DNA from: Octopus vulgaris
Lineage: Eukaryota
DNA: 64,000 nucleotides
Reading direction: 5' to 3'
Assembly: GCA_951406725.2 (NCBI GenBank)
Contig: OX597821.1
Location: forward strand, 2,108,001 to 2,172,000
In this document: positions 35,953 to 50,634 of the stretch, in pieces
Layout of the letters: the number at the start of each line of letters is the position of its first letter
How positions within the stretch are numbered: position 1 is the stretch's first letter
Made by a program: the position numbers and the translations under genes
The notes under the pieces: generated by a model
Databases searched by the model: none
Told to the model about the DNA's origin: nothing
What the model saw: only the letters and a program-made list of their open reading frames with translations

Positions 35953-36369
35953 ACGCACACACACACACACACACTTATATATGTATGTATATATATATGT
36001 ATATATATATATATCCATATATATATATATATATACATATATATATAATATATATATATATATGTATGTATTCACACACATATATATGCACAAGTGTATA
36101 TTTATGTATATTGATATCTAAATATGGGTATATTTATATATATGTATGTATATATACATACATATATATATGTGCATATATACATCTGTGTATATATACA
36201 TATGTGCATATATATATATATATATATGCGTGTGTAAATATAAACATATATGTATGTGTTTATACATATACATATATATATGAGTTTATATATATTATAT
36301 AATATATGTATGTACATATGTATGTGCATATAAATATATATATATATATATATATGTGTGTGTATGTGC

Positions 36370-36422
<53 letters not shown>

Positions 36423-36431
36423 TAGATAGAT

Positions 36432-36462
<31 letters not shown>

Positions 36463-37124
36463 CGTGTTATCTTCGTGTGTGGATAAGAATTATGACAGTG
36501 ATAAAATATAAGATACAAGCGAAGCGCGAATTCAAAAAGTGGTGAAGTAGACTCTTCTTAGAATATGTTGAGAGTGTGCCAGCGGCGGCATATAGAATTT
36601 GAATGTGGGCGTGAAGAGGTCTTCTTTTCAAGATGCTTATTTTTATTTATTTATTTATTTACTATATTTATTTTCTTGTATAAATCAGGGATGTAGAAAT
36701 TTCAATTAAGAAATCGGGCCACAAAGATGTCAGCATAGAAAAGAAAGAAGACATAAACGTGAAAATATAGTGTAATATAAATGACCCCCACCAAAAAAAA
36801 ATAGATGGATAAATAAATATGTAAAAATAACAGATGTAGAATTACTGCTGGCTCCAATATCGTTATCGCATTAAAATGATTACAGAGACGGCGTTGGCAG
36901 AAGCAACAAGTCTAGAAATACCTCCATTATCTTCCCGCCAGCAACCATTACGAAGAACAGCAACCCAATAAACGCCCTAAACAGCTAATACATGGTTGAT
37001 GAGTCTGCTAGAAACAACTGTGAGGATTTTTTCTTCGGTGATGGTCACAACTTGAATGTTATTTGGTTCCGCGTTAACTTGATTATAGTTGACCTCAGAA
37101 AAGGTATCAGCGATTTGAGTCGCC

Positions 37125-37630
37125 ATCACCAATAACACCGCCACCAAAACCATCATCACCACCACCACCACTACACCACCACCACCACCACCACCACCAC
37201 CACCACCACCACCACCACCACCACCACCACAACCACCACCACAACACCGACGCCGCCGCCGCCACCACCACCAAAACCACCACAACACCGCCGCCGCCGC
37301 CGCCACTGTCACCACCACCAACTCCTCCACCACCACAACCGCCACTACCACCACAACACCGACGCCGCCATAGCCACCACCACCAAAACCACCACCACAC
37401 CACCACCGCTGCCGCCGCCATCACCACCATCACCACCACTAACACCAACACCACCACCACTACTTACGACGATATTAGAGCATTATCGTCACCATAATCA
37501 ACACCATTCCACAATTACACCATCACTATTTCCACTACTACCACCACCGTCGCCTCTACTATCGCTATCACATCCATAATCCTCCTCTTCCTACCACCAC
37601 TTCTACCACAACCACCACCGCTGCCGCCAT
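37125..37630. repeat. Degenerate (CCA/CCG)n trinucleotide repeat
   Basis: Directly visible in the sequence. Confidence 0.9.
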
Positions 37631-39030
37631 TGTAACAACATCTTAATTTCTCATGACTTCAAACTTCATCACATGACTAACATTGCCGTCAACGCTTCCC
37701 ATCATTTATCATCGTGGCTAATTACAATACTAACGACTTGGTAAAATTGTTACGACGGTAGTGAGCTGATAGTACCCTTTGTTTAATTGAAGCAATAAAC
37801 CTAATGCAACGGAAAGCCATTAAACTTAATGAAAATTATTCTCAGGAAGATCAAGGGAGGGAATCCAGAAATGTTAATCGGCCCCATCATAAAACTGAGA
37901 TAGGATTATGTGATGGAGAATGATCTCATTCAAATTATTGAATATCTTCGTTCGGCTTTATATGATTGGTTTCTATAAATAAATAAATAAATAAATAAAT
38001 AAATACATATATATATATATATATATATATAAATATAAATCATGGGGTTAGTGCGTGCACATTTTTTCATGTTTCCTTATGAGATTTAGTTCACTAATGT
38101 CGCTTATGTCCTGCAGAAAAGCACGAACAATCCTTTTCGGATTCTCCACCAATGAAAAAAAAAAAAAAAACGAAAAGAGAAAAAAAAAAGAAAGAATAGG
38201 AAATAAAAAAACGTATCCTTTATGAGGAAATCAATATTTGGGGTCGTGACGATTCTTCAATAATATATGAATCCTTAAAATGTGAATGCTAAAAGCAAGT
38301 GTGTTATAAAAGAAACTGCAATGTTTATTTCGTTCGATGGTTTATTGTGGAACTATACGAAATTTGAACCTAATATAGTAATGTGGTCACGATTTGTAAG
38401 AATACAGGCTATGTTAATGCGTAACGTAACGAACAAATTTCTGGCTGATGTTATCCTTTAAAAAATCCCCAACAAAAACAAGCCTTTATAAATGCACCGA
38501 ACGTTCACGTTCTCATTACGAACAATTATCATAGCATGTCAGGTAATTATCCCGGCCTTTGTCGTAAACGAGCTTTTCATTTATAAATATTTATTCATTT
38601 CGGAAGCACGCAACTCTTGTTTAGCAGGAGCTGTGATGTTATCGATACAATAAATCCTTGCATATTAGTGTATCTTGTGTTAGATTCCTAGAAAATATGA
38701 AAAAAAAAAAATCGGTGACACCAATAGCATTCAAATAAAAAAAAACAAAATTATCAGGTATCTATCTTGAATAACCGAAAGCACGCGCAGTATTGACGAT
38801 TTAATTGGTACATTAACCTCATCATCCAGGTACAATTTGATTTTATCGAAAGAGATACAAACGCAACAATTTAAATACATAATGCAATCCCGCAGTTTTT
38901 TGTTGGTTTTATAAAATACGTTAATAATTCCAAAATGAGTTTGCTTGGAAAGCACAAAAAAAAAACTATTTTTTCAAGCGTTTTCTCCTTATATTAGCAG
39001 CATTGTTATCACTCCCCTCGCTTTAGTTTC

Positions 39031-39087
<57 letters not shown>

Positions 39088-39569
39088 GTATGTATGTGTG
39101 TGTCTGGGTGTGTACATTCACATGAATAAAAATTTAAGTACATATTCATATGTAATCATACGTATTTGTGCATAATAGATGTCTATATACATATGTTCTG
39201 ATCTATATATATATCTTTCTATCTATCTGTCTGTCAATATACACATATATAAGTGTTGTGAGATGGATGTTTAGATTAATATAACAGTATAGAAAGTTAT
39301 ATATCTTGCACTAACTATGCTTGCATAGCATCTATGCTCGTACGTGCTAAGAGAATCCGAAGCATTGATATTATTAGGATTTGCCACATCTCTAGTATCA
39401 AACTATGCCTTATTCAGTTACAAGGTGGAAGGATTACACATGTAGTTCGAATAAGTGAGAAACAGCTTATCTATGAAAGTAATTTTGAGATCACTTCTAG
39501 GAAAAAGGACTGAATTATGTAGTTCAGACACCCTCATAAGATTTTATAATAGAGTGATGATGGATATGG

Positions 39570-39745
39570 GTTTCAAATTTTGGAATAATGCCAGCAATCT
39601 AGGGTCAAATGGTACTTGTTTCATCGATCACGAAAGGAACAAAGGCAAAGTTGACCTCTGCGGATTTGAATTCAGAATGTAAAGACGGACTAATTACCAC
39701 GAATCATATTTCCCAGCGTGGTAACGGTTCTGCCAGCTCGTCGCC
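39570..39745 (-). mobile_element. SINE family B, degraded
   Basis: ...ggcaaagttgacctctgcggatttgaattcagaatg...ttctgccagctcgtcgcc. Confidence 0.65.
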
Positions 39746-40512
39746 TTTGATTTACTTAAGACTTTATGTTATGGAGGAACATATACTTCCACGGTACAAT
39801 ATGAATTTGATTTCACTGCTTTAGACAATCTAACATTGAATTCAGAAACTGTATATCTCATTCGCATCCATTTTACTTGTTTCGGACTGTAATTTATGTG
39901 TGGTGATCTTTGCGAATTCAAAGCACGTTTGATCAGCCATCCTATGCAAAGCAGCTGGGACTATGACTAAGATTTTGACCCTTACAGAGTTGAAATTAGC
40001 AAGGGATTCCCGTAAACATATCTACATATGCATAGAGGTAATTCCTATTATAGTTATTCAGTTGACGCATACATAGATCTTGCAGGTTATGAAGCAAAAG
40101 AGAGGAAATAAGGAGAGATCATGAGCTGTGATTTGACTATCTGTCCTGATGCACCAGCGGCAGGGTGCGACATTTGAGGTTCGAAATACCCGGTATTTTT
40201 TGAAAACATGTGATGACATGAATTCCTGCAAGTCAAAGCTACATTTATGAATCTGGATGGAAAAAAAGCATGTGTTAGTTGTTTTGAGTGGTGTATATAA
40301 CACACACAAACAGGCATTTTTCCTCAACATCATCATTTAACAGCCACTTTCCGAGCCGTCGTGGGCTGGACGGTTTGACAGGGGCTGGCAACTTAGAGGA
40401 CTCCGCAAAGCTGCACTGTGAACTTCAGCATATTTTCTACGGTTGGATGTCCTTCCAAATGCCAATGGATTTACAGAGTATACTGGGTGCTTTTTACGTG
40501 AATATATGTATG

Positions 40513-40560
<48 letters not shown>

Positions 40561-40719
40561 TACATACACACACACACATATATATATATATACTTATATA
40601 TATATTTACATACATACATATATTTACAAGCATAGGTACGCGCATTTATATATATATATATATATGTATTTACATACATATATAGACAAGCACACACACG
40701 CATATTTATATATAAACAT

Positions 40720-40793
<74 letters not shown>

Positions 40794-41256
40794 CATATAT
40801 ATGCAAGAAGAAAATGGAGGAAAAATAACAGGAAGAAGTTCGTTGTTTGCGCTAATAAGCCATTAACTTAATTAATTAATAAAGAAAAGTAGTAGTAATA
40901 GTACATTTACGATCGTTTCTGTTTACCAGAATGCATAGTCATTTGTAGCGGTAAGAAGAGCGAAAGACATAGGGATACATTGGTAACGAGAATAAAGCCA
41001 TAGTATGGTGAGTCTTACCTTATAGTAGATTTCTTAGTTGATAATTCAGCTGCAAAGTGGATGTAGGATTGAGGTTATTTTGATCCGGAGTCCCAAGTTT
41101 AACTAAGTGCATATTCTGGCTAGACTTTTCACTGGCGATGTAAAGAAAGGGGGTTCATTCAAACTCATGGTGAAAATGGAGCTAACTCTCTCCGGATTAC
41201 TCAGTCTGGGTTGAGTAAGGAATTTATATGTCTTTGGGACATAAAGGTCAAGGAAT

Positions 41257-42445
41257 AGCCATAACTATACTTCCACAGGCCTTACAAACAATGAGGGTAG
41301 TTTCTATACCTGACATAGCAATACTAACAATAAACGTAATAGTGATAACTCGGGCTCGTAATCCCTGTCACCATGCACCTCAAATCCAACATAGTTCGCT
41401 CATTAATGAAACTGATAGATATACACTTAAACGTAAATAATAAATATGCAGCAATATTTAGGAATAAAATTAGAGTAGGCCACAGCCTGACTAGTAACCT
41501 AGCTTCCATCATAGCCTCGATTAATAATTTTAAAAATCTAGACACATTCTATGAAGCTTGGAAAATGAGGAACAATAAATGAAACAACCAACAGATTAAT
41601 AGAACAAATCCCACCACTAATGAGGCGCCTCATAGTAATATAGACAAAGACCGGAGTAGTAATAGCCCCCCCACAATACAACACGAACACAGATATACCT
41701 AATAATTTATGTGACTGCAGAGATAGAGGTGCATGGTGATAGGGATTACGAGCCCGAGTTATCACTATTACGTTTATTGTTAGTATTGCTATGTCAGGTA
41801 TAGAAACTACCATCATTGTGTGTAAGGCATGTGGAAGTATAGTTATGGCTATCGAGTTTGTTTCTATAGTTGGGTTTATCTTTGCTATTGTTCTTGTCTG
41901 TCTTATTGGGGTCATTTCATTTATGTGGACTCAATGACCTGTTGTTATGGTTTTTCCAACCAACATATTTTAATAACCATAAGGAAACCCATAATATCGC
42001 ACTAGATAAAGCAGTATTTTAACAAAAGAATTAAATACCTAGACCTTAATCATTATACAAATAACCTAAATAACAGAAATCCACACGATAATACAATTAA
42101 TACTAACCACACACAAGGCGTTAATACAAACTACACCAACAATAAGAACAGTATAGATAAGCTCAACAAAAATAATAGCAATAGAAACAATGTTAAGTCC
42201 CATACACAATTCACCATTAATATTACAAACAACAACATGAATACCAACAATGCGATAATCAAAAAAATTAACAACATTATCAAAACTAATAACACGTATT
42301 ATAAAAATAAGTTGAAAAGTAATAATAGCTATAATAAGAATAATATAAACCTACACATCGATAAGAATAAAAATAAAGAGTCCCAATGCAAAAGGATAAT
42401 TTTTTAAAAACCATAACACCAGGTCATTGAGTCCACATGAAACAT
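41257..42445 (+). mobile_element. Rearranged PLE relic with two internal inverted-repeat pairs
   Basis: YAAIFRNKIRVGHSLTSNLASIIASINN resembles YYTILNKNTIRLSYSTTPNLARNLANNN of the young PLE. The inverted pairs are ~41257-41380/41726-41850 and ~41920-41955/42406-42440. Confidence 0.6.
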
Positions 42446-42605
42446 AAACAACGTAGATAGACAGCCAATAACTGATGAAGAGTGGTTCTTTGTGTTACTT
42501 GTCCTGTTTTCCATTTGTGTCTCTCATTTGCGTATTGACACTCATTTGTTATCGTAGTTCATGTTGTTTTACTGTTGGTGACGCCCTGACAAATACATGC
42601 ATATG

Positions 42606-42677
<72 letters not shown>

Positions 42678-42695
42678 GATAAACAGATATACTAT

Positions 42696-43088
42696 TCTTT
42701 TACTCTTTTACTTGTGTCATTAATTTGAATGCAGCCATGCTGGAGCACCGCCTTTAGTCGAGGGCTTATTCTTTGTAAGCTTAGTACTTATTCTATTGTT
42801 GTCTTTTTCCGAACTGCTAAGTTACGAGGACGTAAACACACCATCATCTGTTGTCAAGCGATGTTGAGGGGACAAATACAGACACACAAACATACACGTA
42901 CACACACACATATATGTATACATATACGACAGGCTTCTTCCAGTTTCCGTGTAGCAAATCTACTCACAAGGCTTTGATCGGCCCGAGGCCATAGTAGAAG
43001 ACACTTACCCAATGTGCCACGAGTGGGACTGAACCTGGAACCATGTCGTTGGTAAACAAGCTACTTACCACACAGCCACTCCTGCGCC
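42696..43088 (-). mobile_element. SINE family A
   Basis: Reverse-complement copy. Confidence 0.85.
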
Positions 43089-43100
43089 TATACACACACA

Positions 43101-43208
<108 letters not shown>

Positions 43209-43511
43209 TAGATGCACTCACACGAACACAACACATAGCTATATGATGTTAAGAAGCTAAGCTGCAAATGACACCATAAAAAAATAATGGCTCATAAAAA
43301 TACTGGGTGAAGTAACCCTGGAAACAAGTTGATGGCAACAGCTACGAAAACTTTACACGAAGCTTTTCGTAGGCCGGATGGTCATGATAACCATTTCTGC
43401 AAGGAAAAAAATCTTGATAACATTCACCTCTCGAGTTAATAGGTTTTATCTTTCCAAGAGAAGTGAATATTTTTCTAACATTCTCACTCGCGGGGGTACA
43501 TCCATTATATA

Positions 43512-43542
<31 letters not shown>

Positions 43543-43779
43543 CAATGGTAGTCATTATTTTCATTTATAATAAAATAATAAATTTCCATTCAGCTGATTT
43601 GTTTCCCTTTACATTTTTAAAGCAGAAATTCATTGTTCTTAAATAAGAATATTATTGACAGTGACTTCGAAATTTTGGCCAGCTAAACTGTACGGTGATG
43701 GCTTAACTGGCCGAACATTCGAAGTAAATGCCAGCAATATTCTCGTTTAACAATAAAAAATATCTATCTATCTACCTAC

Positions 43780-43889
<110 letters not shown>

Positions 43890-43925
43890 GCCTGTCTCTC
43901 TGTCTCTCTGTCTCTCTGTCTCTCG

Positions 43926-43984
<59 letters not shown>

Positions 43985-43986
43985 TA

Positions 43987-44396
43987 GGCGCAGGAGTGGC
44001 TGTGTGGTAAGTAACTCACTTACCAACCACATGGTTCCGGGTTCAGTCCCACTGCGTGGCACCTTGGGCAAGTGTCCTCTACTATAGCCTCGGGCCGACC
44101 AAAGCCTTGTGAGTGGATTTGGTAGACGGAAACTGAAAGAAGCCTGTCGTATATATGTATATATATATATGTGCGTGTGTGTGTTTGTGTGTCTGTGTTT
44201 GTCCCCCTAGCATTGCTTGACAACCGATGCTGGTGTGTTTATGTCACCGTTACTTAGCGGTTCGGCAAAAGAGACCGATAGAATAAGTATTGGGCTTACA
44301 AAATAAGTACTGGGGGCGAGCTGCTCGATTAAAGGCGATGCTCCAGCATGGCCGCAGTCAAATGACTGAAACAAGTAAAAGAGAGTAAAAGAGAGT
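43987..44396 (+). mobile_element. SINE family A
   Basis: Full-length copy with a tandem tail (gtaaaagaga)2. Confidence 0.88.
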
Positions 44397-44849
44397 ATAC
44401 ATATATGTGAAGAAATACGGGCTGCATATAGATATCATTTACGCTTTAATTGATTCGGTCATTAGACTTCGGTCATGCTGGGGCACCACGTTCAAGCGTT
44501 TTAATGGAGCGAATTGATCGCAGAAGTTATTTTATTTTAAATGCGGTACTTATTCTATCGATTCGTTTTGCTGTAACACTCAGTTACGTGAACGTAAACG
44601 CACCGGCATTAGTTGTCAAGCGTTAGAGGGGACAAAGACACTCACAAAGGCTCACACACACACACACACAGACATGCATACATGTATATATCATACACAC
44701 GTAAACATATATACACACACACATATATATGCATACATATATATATTCGCATATATATATAAACAGACACATACGTGTATGTATATATATGCATTCATAA
44801 ATAATTAAATAAATAAATATATATATATACATACACACACACACACACT

Positions 44850-44885
<36 letters not shown>

Positions 44886-45356
44886 CACACAAATTTAGAA
44901 GTAGCAGTTAAATACTATTCCTCTAAGGTAAGATACTTCCCACAAAGCAATACTCTTATTTTACGTAGGTAAAGGGGAAAAACTACGAATCTACCCGACT
45001 TTGATTTACCACATACGCGTTTCGGGATTAAAAATATGTAAATTTTTAATTTACTCACTTATTTCCTTCTTCAGTTTAGTATTTCAATTATAAATTTGAT
45101 AGTAGTAATAAGTAAATACGTATTCGACCAACTGACTTCGAATAACTAATATAAAAAAACTAGCACTTCCGAATTTATACAGACGAGTGAGAACTCGCAT
45201 TCTTCCCAAATCACCCACGTGTGTTTCGAGTAATCCCGAAGAAACTGTAGTTCACTATCAGGGAGTGAATTATATTTTCAATAATAATAAAGGTTAAAAT
45301 TAATTAATTAATTAAGTAATTTTACTACTATATATATATATATATATATAATAGTA

Positions 45357-45413
<57 letters not shown>

Positions 45414-46874
45414 GCCAGGAATAAGTACAAAGCTATCATAGAGAGTGATGCTAAGGGGATGTGCCCGCTGTACAGGAGTAAATCCTGATGCATCACGGAA
45501 AGGACAATTAATAAGATAAACCAGGCAAACACTTGGTATGACAATGAAAAATACCAGGGTGTCCTGTTGGTTGATACTACTCCTGGCGGTGAAATAGCAC
45601 ACCTTTTTAGCAAAACATTTAGTAAGGCTACTTTACGAATTAAAGTAGAGGAAATAAATCTCTGATTTGCCATACCTGTCACTTTCATAATTCCCCCTGT
45701 ACAGAGTACAATTGTATTGTATGTAGGATGACCCCTCCGGTTAACTGTAAGGTTAGGAATATAGTGTATAGCTTACAATGTACTGAGAGACGGTGCAGAA
45801 AGATGACAACTACCTACATTGCAGAGACTGCACGCAGCATAGGAGACCGTACAAATGTACATTGGGGTGAGCTCAAATAAGGGAAATGCTCGTCAGTGCT
45901 ATACCAACATGCACAGATAGAACATGGGAGTTCCAGTAATAGCATATACGTTAAAGTACTATACTATCGACACATAGAACTGATACTACACTTAGATTAC
46001 AGAAGCTTCACACATAAATGTACACAGATCGAGCCTCAATAGAAATCAGGAATGGAACAGTAACACCCATCACCATAACACACCACATGACTAAATACAG
46101 TAGGGATATGAAGAGAGAGAGAGAAAGGGGGAAGAACCCGTATATAATACACAGATACACAGAGAGTAATACTCACAAAATAGACACATATGCACTAACC
46201 TGTGATACGTATGGGAAACAGAGATAGTTGCATAAAAAATAAATAAGTAAATAAATAAATAGATAAATAGATAAATAAACGAATATATAAATATATCTGC
46301 CACATACCTGTGATAAAGGTAAGACAGAGATAGATGAAATATATAGATAAAACTATATAAAGGAAATGGATACATAGGAAGCGAACCCATACACGTATAA
46401 AACCTCAAGGACGGCCATGTCAACAACACAACTAACACGGTCAGCAGTAGCAGCGGTGCCGATGGCAACAAGAACAAGAACAACAACAACAACAACAAAT
46501 ACCACGATGGTAACGTCGTGGACGAACACACGTACACAGACGAATACAGGAACTTGGAGCTGCGCAATAGGATGAGAGACTGGGTTGAGGTGAAGGCCAC
46601 ACTGCTGCTAAAAAGTATGTAACACACACAAGCATCCACACACACGTACACACGACGCGCACACACACATTCACATACAAAGACACAAACGCATGCGCAC
46701 AGAAGGATACACATCTCAGAAGAACAAAATAGAGTAAGTGGAAGAACAACACACAAGGGCATGCGTTAAAAATAATACAACAGTAATAAACGAGGGAAGA
46801 AAAAACTAAAGTGCGCGTGATTATTTGGAAAAAATAATTATAAATAAATAAAATGACAATCCCGAAGTACAACA

Positions 46875-46974
<100 letters not shown>

Positions 46975-47920
46975 CATACATACATATATATATGTATATA
47001 TATATATATATTTATTTATATGTATATGCGTACATATATACATACATACATACATGCATATACCTGTACCTACCTGTGTATATTGCTGTGCGCGTTCACT
47101 TAAAAGCCCGCTATATACAACTTGCTGCTAGAGTTAAGGAGGATTTTTCTATAATGTGCACTGTTGCTAATCTACTTTCATGAGTGACATTTCGATATTT
47201 CCTCTGCATTATGCAGAGGAAATATTCAAAAGATAACATCAACGTATTCTTTGTTTAAAAAACAACAACAACAAAAATAATTATTTCAATGAGTAAGAAT
47301 TTATATGTCGTATTCTCTTTTCAATGAACCACTACCGCTATTCATTCTCACAATGATATGATTCATTACCATATCTATGACAATACATAGTTTATGGCAG
47401 GTTCGTTCGTGGCGCTCCTTCAAAAATTCTCAAGATTAACTAACGCTCGTGTTAAAGTTTTCTAGTATCGTCTGAAAGTGCTACATGAAAGAATGTTTTG
47501 AAGGAGAATTTTATATGGTTTGAAACGAAGTAAAAAGAAAACATTTCAGTGCTTATTTGAAATGTTAATAGCTTTGCATTTAACGTGATATTTCCAATCC
47601 AGATTCTGATAATATATGTTGTTAATGTAAGAAAATATGGGGAGATATTTTTCGGTTTGTTTTGTATAATAATTTGTAAAGTAAATATAACTTCAAATAT
47701 TTAGCTATTTCTGCAAGTTACTTTCTCATGGACTTGACAGTGTGGAAAGAAATTTGTTTCCCAAGCACCTGGTTCAGGGTTCATTTCCACTTTGCGACAT
47801 CCTTGGCAAACGTCTTTTTTAGAATATAGTCGCTGAACGACTAAAGATTTCTGAGTGAATGTAAGACAGAAAAGAAACTGAAAGAATCCGTTTATATACA
47901 TATATATATATATACACACA

Positions 47921-48030
<110 letters not shown>

Positions 48031-48062
48031 CATACATATATATATATGTATACATATATACG

Positions 48063-48166
<104 letters not shown>

Positions 48167-48191
48167 CATACCTATATATGGACATATATAT

Positions 48192-48596
48192 TCTCTTTTA
48201 CTTTCTTTTACTTGTTTCAGTCATATGACTGCGGCCATGCTGGAGCACCGCCTTTAGTCGATCAAATCGACCCCGGGACTTATCTTTGTGAGCCCAGTAC
48301 TTATTCTATCGGCCTCTTTTGCCGAACCGCTAAGTGACGGGGACGTAAACACACCAGCATCGGTTGTCAAGCAATGCTAGGGCGACAAACACAGACACAC
48401 AAACACACACACATACATATATATACATATATACGACAGGCTTCTTTCAGTTTCCGTCTACCAAATCCACTCACAAGGCATTGGTCGGCCCGGGGCTATA
48501 GCAGAAGACACTTGCCCAAGTTGCCACGCAGTGGGACAGAACCGGGAAACATGTGGTTAGTAAGCAAGCTACTTACCACACATCCACGCCTGCGCC
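48192..48596 (-). mobile_element. SINE family A
   Basis: Reverse-complement full copy. Confidence 0.88.
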
Positions 48597-48733
48597 TATA
48601 TATATATATATGTATATATATACGTACATATATGTATATGTATATAGATAGATAAGTTCTCCAGCGGTAGAAGCTGGATAACAGGAAGCCAAACACGCGC
48701 ATATGTGTGTTTCTTGATAACCTAATACATATA

Positions 48734-49530
48734 TATTAGGTTGTGAAGAAATTTCTTGCGGAAACTTTAATTTTGGTTTTAAATTATGTATTTTCAAATT
48801 AATTTCCGTTAAATTACTTTGACTATATACATCATTTTAAAGCCCGTTCTTCGCTCTATCTAATCATGTTACTCGTTTTCTTTTTGAATAATTAGGCTAT
48901 TCTTTTCCGGATCGTTGAATACGACATAGACAAAAAGCAAATTCACGCAATGTTCTTATTCCAGTTTAAGCTAGACCGAAAAGCTGCTGAAACAGCTCGC
49001 GATATCAACGATCCTTTGGCCGAGCAACCCCTAATGAACGTACAGCTTCGAGAAATTTCGTAGCGGTGACAAGAGTCTTGAAGATGATAAGCGTAGTGGT
49101 CGGCCATCGGATGTTGACGATGATCAACTAAGAGGCTTAGTCGAAGCTAATCCACGCACAACTGTTCGAGAGCTTGCTTCTGAATTAGACGTAACGTATA
49201 CCACAATTTCTGACCACTTGAAAGAGATTGGAAAAACAAAAATACTTGAGAAATAGGTGCCGCACAAATTGAACGCCAAAAAAAAAAAAAACCCAAAAAC
49301 GCCGTTTTGACGTGTTGTCTTCCCATCAATTACGCAACATGAACGACCCGTTTCTCGACTGCATTTTGACCTGCGATGGAAAGTCGATTCTTTACAACAA
49401 CCGGCCACGCTCAGCTCAATGTTTGGACGCTGACGAAGCTCCACGACATTTTCCAAAGCCAAAGTTGCACCAAAAGAAGATCATGGTGACTGTTTGGTGG
49501 TCTGCTGCCGGTCTCATCCACCACAGCTTT
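48734..49530 (+). mobile_element. mariner transposase relic (5' half, Hsmar1-like)
   Basis: Terminus tattaggttgtgaagaaatttcttgcgg, followed by DKKQIHAMFLFQFKLDRKAAETARDIN, RSGRPS, *VPHKLN, LTCDGKSILYNN and KKIMVTVWWSAAGLIHH. Confidence 0.9.
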
Positions 49531-50428
49531 TCTTTTTTTAACATTTTTAAAACTCTGCGATACACAATATCTTTTGATCGTTTTTTCCCCGATCCCTTTT
49601 GATAGGAATCTTACTTTTTTTTCTCTTTTTTCTCTTTTCTTTTTCATTTTCGAAAAGAAAAGCGCTACACTTGTATTTACCTCCTCTGTGCTCAGCCCTG
49701 TGTGGCCAATAAAGAAAGTTATCTATCTTGTATAATATATATTATGTGTGTGTGTGTGTGTGTGTGTGTGTTTGTGTGTGTATGTGTGTTTATAGTGATT
49801 TTGCTTGTATGCTTGAGTTTTAGTACAAATTCTTTTACGTTAAAATAAATTCTTACTGAATACCGTTGTAGAGTACAAATTTATTATTTATCCCGACTTT
49901 GCCGTAGCTGGCCGGAACTTCAATGTCATTCTAGATGCTGTCTCTATGAGCATGCATATACGAATGGGTGTGAGTGTATATATATATACAGATTACTCAA
50001 CTAACGTAGGTGCTGTGAGGAATTTTCAAGATCAGTCGTGGAATTTCCTGTAAATGATTGGCATACTTCGACCTTCGGCAACTTTTGCAATGGATCTATG
50101 GCGATAACTAATATGATAGCTTTCAGTGGCGAAAAAATTCAAGCCGATATGGAAATAACACCTGCAAGTAGATTGGAACGATGGCATCGACTATTGAATG
50201 AAAGACATTTCTACATTGAGATGCCTGAAGAAATTTCACTGCTGGAAAAAGGTTGGCGCTCATTCACAGCTGCAAATTTCAACATATGAGCTTAACTGTC
50301 ATAGAATTTGCTTCAAACGTTTGCGACCGCAGCAACCTAACAGCAATTTGAACCATAATCCAATCTGATAAGCCACATTTCACTGAAAATATAGAAATGC
50401 ATATCCAGTGGCAATGAAATAACTCATA

Positions 50429-50481
<53 letters not shown>

Positions 50482-50582
50482 ATGCGTGCCTACCCACACA
50501 CATATGTACGTATTTATATACATATATGTGTATATATATGTATATTTATATATATATATACATATATACATATTCATATATA

Positions 50583-50619
<37 letters not shown>

Positions 50620-50634
<15 letters not shown>

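Noticed and set aside
36890-37130. Possible minus-strand exon with a signal-peptide-like stretch and a GAG|GTATTT donor
   Set aside because: There is an in-frame stop right after the ATG, no clear acceptor and no recognisable homology.
36977-37460. PolyG/W/V ORFs
   Set aside because: They are translations of the (CCA)n repeat.
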